This document shows positions 25,917-29,004 of a stretch of DNA of 29,004 nt, piece after piece. The notes beneath the pieces are model-generated. The model searched no databases. It was given only the letters and a program-made list of their open reading frames with translations, and was not told the origin of the DNA. Source of the stretch: Hormoscilla sp. GTDB taxonomy: Bacteria > Cyanobacteriota > Cyanobacteriia > Cyanobacteriales > Desertifilaceae. A program made the position numbers and the translations under genes. Location of the stretch: contig JBFRWI010000063.1 in NCBI GenBank assembly GCA_051439505.1, positions 1 to 29,004 of the forward strand. Reading direction: 5' to 3'. Position 1 is the first letter of the stretch. Each line of letters starts with the position of its first letter.

Positions 25917-27527
25917 ATGCGACATTTGTGGCGATCGCCTTTATTCTTAATTCTGTTGTTTGCTGGCCTGCTGCTAGCTGTATTTCGTCCGACCCTGTTC
26001 CCCGACAGGCACTTTACCCTGCGGGTGCTACACACAAATGACCATCACGGTCACCTGGAACCCGTGAAAATGGGTGCCCTGACCCTGGGTGGCATTGCCC
26101 AGCGGCAAACCCTCGTCAAGCAGTTGCGTGCAGAAAGCGCTAGCGCTGACGAACCCCTGCTGTTGCTGAGTGCTGGCGACATCTTTCAAGGCACCTTGTA
26201 TTTTAACCAGTATCTGGGTCAGGCAGACCTGGATTTCTACAATACCATGAAATACAATGCTGCTACCATTGGCAACCATGAATTCGATCGGGGACAACAA
26301 ATACTAGCTGATTTCATCGCCGGGGCTGAGTTTCCCATGGTCTCAGCTAATATTGAAGTCGATGATAATTCCCCCCTGGCCGGGAAAATCAAACCCTGGG
26401 TTATCCTCAAGCTTAAGGGTGAAAAAATCGGCATCTTCGGACTGACAACGGAAGCAACATCCATTCTCAACCCGGGTGTGGATGTTCGCTTCATCAACCA
26501 CATCCAGGCCGCGAAACAAGCTGTCCGAGAATTAACCTCCCAAGGAGTGAATAAAATTATTGCCCTGACTCATATCGGTTTTGCTTCCGATTTAGAATTG
26601 GCCAGTCAGGTAGATGGCATTGATGTGGTGGTGGGGGGACATTCCCATACCCCTCTGGGCAATATTTCTGGCGCTACCGATCCTTACCCAGTACGGGCAA
26701 AAACTCCCGATGGTAGCCCGGTATTGATCGTAACAGATTGGGAATGGGGTAAGTATTTGGGGGATTTACATTTGACCTTCGATCGGGCCGGGACCCTAAC
26801 TGACTGGGCCGGCAAACCCCATATTGTTGATGCTACCATTCCCCCAGATCCGGCATTCCAAACTAAGTTAGCAAGCTATACCGAACCCCTGCAAACACTG
26901 CAACAGCAGGTAATTGGTCAGGCCGAGGTCAAGTTGGAAGGCGATCGGGCCCGCATCCGTAGCAGCGAAACAAATCTCGGCAATTTGGTCGCTGATGCAA
27001 TGCTAGCCAAAACTCGCCCTGACGCTTGCCAAATTGCGATCGTTAACAGCGGCGGTATTCGCACTAGCATTCCCCCAGGTCCAGTAACGGTCGGACAAGT
27101 CTTGGAAATGCTACCCTTTGGCAATACGATCGCCCGACTGGACTTGACCGGAGAGCAAATTCAAGCGGCCTTAGAACATGGAGTCAGTCAAGTAGAATTA
27201 AGTATGGGAAGTTTTCCCCAAGTTGCCGGGTTGCAGTTTGTCTGGAACCCCCATGCAGCTGCGGGCGATCGCATCGTCGGGATCCAAGTCCAACAGCAAG
27301 ATGGGTCATTTGCACCCCTCCAAACCGATGCTACTTACCGCGTCGTTACAAACAATTTCCTCCTCGAAGGTGGGGATGGTTACAGCATCTTCACCCAAGG
27401 TAATCATCAGCAGGATACAGGTTATATGCTAACAGATGTCGTCAGCGACTACATTCGCGAGCGATCGCCTGTCAGTCCGCAAATGGAAAACCGCATTGTC
27501 AGATTTTTCCGGAACAGTGGTGTATAA
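25917..27527 (+). CDS. 5'-nucleotidase / UDP-sugar hydrolase (UshA-like), exported
   Basis: N-terminal hydrophobic signal or anchor. Metallophosphoesterase motifs HTNDHHG, AGD, GNHEFD, LTHIG and GGHSH, and C-domain motifs ETNLGNLVADA, NSGGIR, LPFGN and GGDGY. Confidence 0.96.
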   Translation: MRHLWRSPLFLILLFAGLLLAVFRPTLFPDRHFTLRVLHTNDHHGHLEPVKMGALTLGGIAQRQTLVKQLRAESASADEPLLLLSAGDIFQGTLYFNQYLGQADLDFYNTMKYNAATIGNHEFDRGQQILADFIAGAEFPMVSANIEVDDNSPLAGKIKPWVILKLKGEKIGIFGLTTEATSILNPGVDVRFINHIQAAKQAVRELTSQGVNKIIALTHIGFASDLELASQVDGIDVVVGGHSHTPLGNISGATDPYPVRAKTPDGSPVLIVTDWEWGKYLGDLHLTFDRAGTLTDWAGKPHIVDATIPPDPAFQTKLASYTEPLQTLQQQVIGQAEVKLEGDRARIRSSETNLGNLVADAMLAKTRPDACQIAIVNSGGIRTSIPPGPVTVGQVLEMLPFGNTIARLDLTGEQIQAALEHGVSQVELSMGSFPQVAGLQFVWNPHAAAGDRIVGIQVQQQDGSFAPLQTDATYRVVTNNFLLEGGDGYSIFTQGNHQQDTGYMLTDVVSDYIRERSPVSPQMENRIVRFFRNSGV

Positions 27528-27614
27528 ATAAGTAAGGTGGGCATTGCCCACCCTACCAAATCATTTGCCATTAACAATGATGATTACGAGAAGGCACGAA
27601 CAGGGAGATGTATC

Positions 27615-28199
27615 ATGAAAGGTCAATCATTTATCGCAGTTTTGGCAGCAGCGCTAGCAGTTGCTAGCAGCAGTTGCAAGAATAATCAGATAGAATATAC
27701 CCCGACCCCAACTGAACTACCACCGCCGTCAGCTTCAGGGTGGCAATTTATCTGTCGGGAGGGTTACGATAATAAGAGTGGCAAGCGTGTACCCACGACC
27801 TACGCTTGGCGCCAAGAGGGAAAAAAAGCTCTGGTTCGCTGGGAAACAGATGTTTTTGAAGCTATGGGCTACACTCCGATGAAGCGGTGCGAGGAAGTAT
27901 CGCCTCGCTTTCAGGAAGCCTACGATAATGGCACTCTCAATTACATGACGAATGGCACTTGGAAAGGTAAGAATGGCAAGGATCAACCCGTGATCTGTGC
28001 GGCGAGTGTCAAGGATGGGGATTGCGAGACTCTGCTATTCACCCTGCGGCATAAAGATGATTCCCGGAAAATTCTCGATCAGCTTAGCGCGGTTATTCAA
28101 GGTAGTAGTAGTGAGCCCGCGCGACATGATTCTGCTTCCGGCCAAATCTATATTAAGGTGAATCTGGAGGAGTTTCTCCGCAATGCACCTGATGAATAG
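27615..28199 (+). CDS. COP23-domain lipoprotein
   Basis: Reads on the + strand (the ORF track strand label is wrong): ATG 27615 after GGAGA, TAG at 28197-28199. Signal peptide with lipobox-like ASSSC. COP23-type motifs FIC, VPTT, LVRW, GYTPMKRCEEVSPRFQ, PVICA and LLFTL. Confidence 0.88.
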   Translation: MKGQSFIAVLAAALAVASSSCKNNQIEYTPTPTELPPPSASGWQFICREGYDNKSGKRVPTTYAWRQEGKKALVRWETDVFEAMGYTPMKRCEEVSPRFQEAYDNGTLNYMTNGTWKGKNGKDQPVICAASVKDGDCETLLFTLRHKDDSRKILDQLSAVIQGSSSEPARHDSASGQIYIKVNLEEFLRNAPDE

Positions 28200-28210
28200 T
28201 AGAATGGATG

Positions 28211-28311
28211 GTAAGCACGCTTCGTGCTTACTACGAACCCTTATATCATGTCAGGTACCCATAATAAAAATTGTATCATCTGTAGGTTGGGTTGAGGCAC
28301 GAAACCCAACA
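28211..28311. repeat. Cluster of GTAG-type REP-like hairpins
   Basis: GTAAGCACGCTTCGTGCTTACTACGAACC (28211-28239) and TGTAGGTTGGGTTGAGGCACGAAACCCAACA (28281-28311). Confidence 0.8.
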
Positions 28312-28437
28312 CCCACTTGACTTTCGCGTTCAACTCACAAGTGAAAGTTAGAGGTTCAAATGGGGTGTGGTCAAAAGTAGTTGATAGCCGGGTGCATTGA
28401 TGATACATATAGCCCAGGCCGCCACAAGCATGTAAGA

Positions 28438-28841
28438 GTTACAGACAGCGGCGCAACGGGTGTGGTCAAAAGTAGTTGATCGCCCGATCCCCCCCAAACC
28501 CCCCCTTCCAAACGGGGGGGCTCCGGAAGCCCCCCTTTTTATGGGGGGTTTGGGGGGATCGGGGCAACTGGGAGGGCCCTAGAACTATCAACGGGTTTTG
28601 ACCACACCCCGGCGCAAGGGTTACAGACAGCCGCGCAACGGTTACAGACAGCGGCGCAACGGTTACAGACAGCGGCGCTACGGTTACAGACAGCGGCGCA
28701 ACGGTAACAGACAGCGGCGCAACGGTTAAAGACAGCGGCTCAACGGTTACAGACAGCGGCGCAACTTTTACAGACAGCGGCGCAAAGGTTACAGACAGCG
28801 GCGCACTGGTTACAGACAGCGGAGCATCGGTTCCTGACAGG
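28438..28841. repeat. 21-bp tandem minisatellite (GGTTACAGACAGCGGCGCAAC)x~11.5, interrupted after the first unit
   Basis: One unit at 28438-28457, then units at 28619, 28640 ... 28829 that degenerate distally. It is the reverse complement of the 1-138 array with one fixed difference. Confidence 0.95.
28458..28609. mobile_element. 152-bp MITE inserted into the 21-bp minisatellite
   Basis: TIRs GGGTGTGGTCAAAA / TTTTGACCACACCC, extendable imperfectly to ~25 bp. Flanks are CGGCGCAAC / CGGCGCAAG. It contains a long internal C/G-run palindrome. Confidence 0.8.
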
Positions 28842-29004
28842 TGGGGGGATGAAGCTAACCGAGGTCTTCGGGATGCAACGCAGGCAACCCCTCAAACATC
28901 GAACGGTCAACCTTTACAGGTTCTCCTGTTCTCCGGGATGTGTTTTTCCGGGTGGAGATGACCGGTGCTTGTTGAAAAATTACTTATCTCAGTATGTGAT
29001 GGAT

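Noticed and set aside
27537..28199. ORF track assignment to the minus strand with a start at 27537
   Set aside because: The listed peptide reads from the + strand (GTG GGC ATT GCC... to TAG 28197-28199). The first 26 codons include a REP, so ATG 27615 is the plausible start.
1..29004. Circular element, or 29-kb transposon with terminal repeats
   Set aside because: The end arrays are inverted, differ by a fixed base, and their TIR ends face outward. The content is chromosomal with no transposase or replicase, so contig breakage at repeats is simpler.
28842..29004. Possible gene or ncRNA at the right end
   Set aside because: No convincing ORF or structure. Progressive repeat degeneration just before it may reflect low-quality terminal sequence.

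Overview
This is a 29-kb chromosomal segment from a cyanobacterium, probably a filamentous, phycoerythrin-type one. HIP1 GCGATCGC and CGATCG variants are frequent, STRR heptamers are present, and intergenic DNA is dense in REPs and MITEs. From left to right it holds: (1) a phycobiliprotein-accessory cluster (CpcS/CpeS-type lyase, AplA-like biliprotein, CpeF/MpeV-type HEAT lyase, small conserved protein, NblB-like protein); (2) an Amt-PAS-histidine kinase ammonium sensor behind NtcA-like boxes; (3) an NTT/MFS-HEAT-cNMP protein; (4) an overlapping HxlR-DUF488-DUF488-dual-OB operon divergent from a pirin, a decayed TPR fragment, and a convergent DUF5131 (Gp37/68) + TcmP pair; (5) 5-oxoprolinase, M28 peptidase, a hypothetical protein and a nonsense-truncated orphan MNT antitoxin; (6) a PhzF-family gene whose 5' 410 bp are duplicated around a surface-variable LRR gene; (7) a 5'-nucleotidase and a COP23 lipoprotein. 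Both window ends are 21-bp minisatellites associated with GGGTGTGGTCA inverted-repeat ends. The best candidate for a new system is the DUF488x2/dual-OB/DUF5131/TcmP set: two members carry the beta-clamp motif QLSLF and the OB protein ends in an SSB-like tail (DLDDLPF), suggesting a replisome-docked DNA modification/repair or defence module. All family assignments are by eye from motifs; no searches were run. The supplied ORF track gives 27537..28199 the wrong strand; it is on +.
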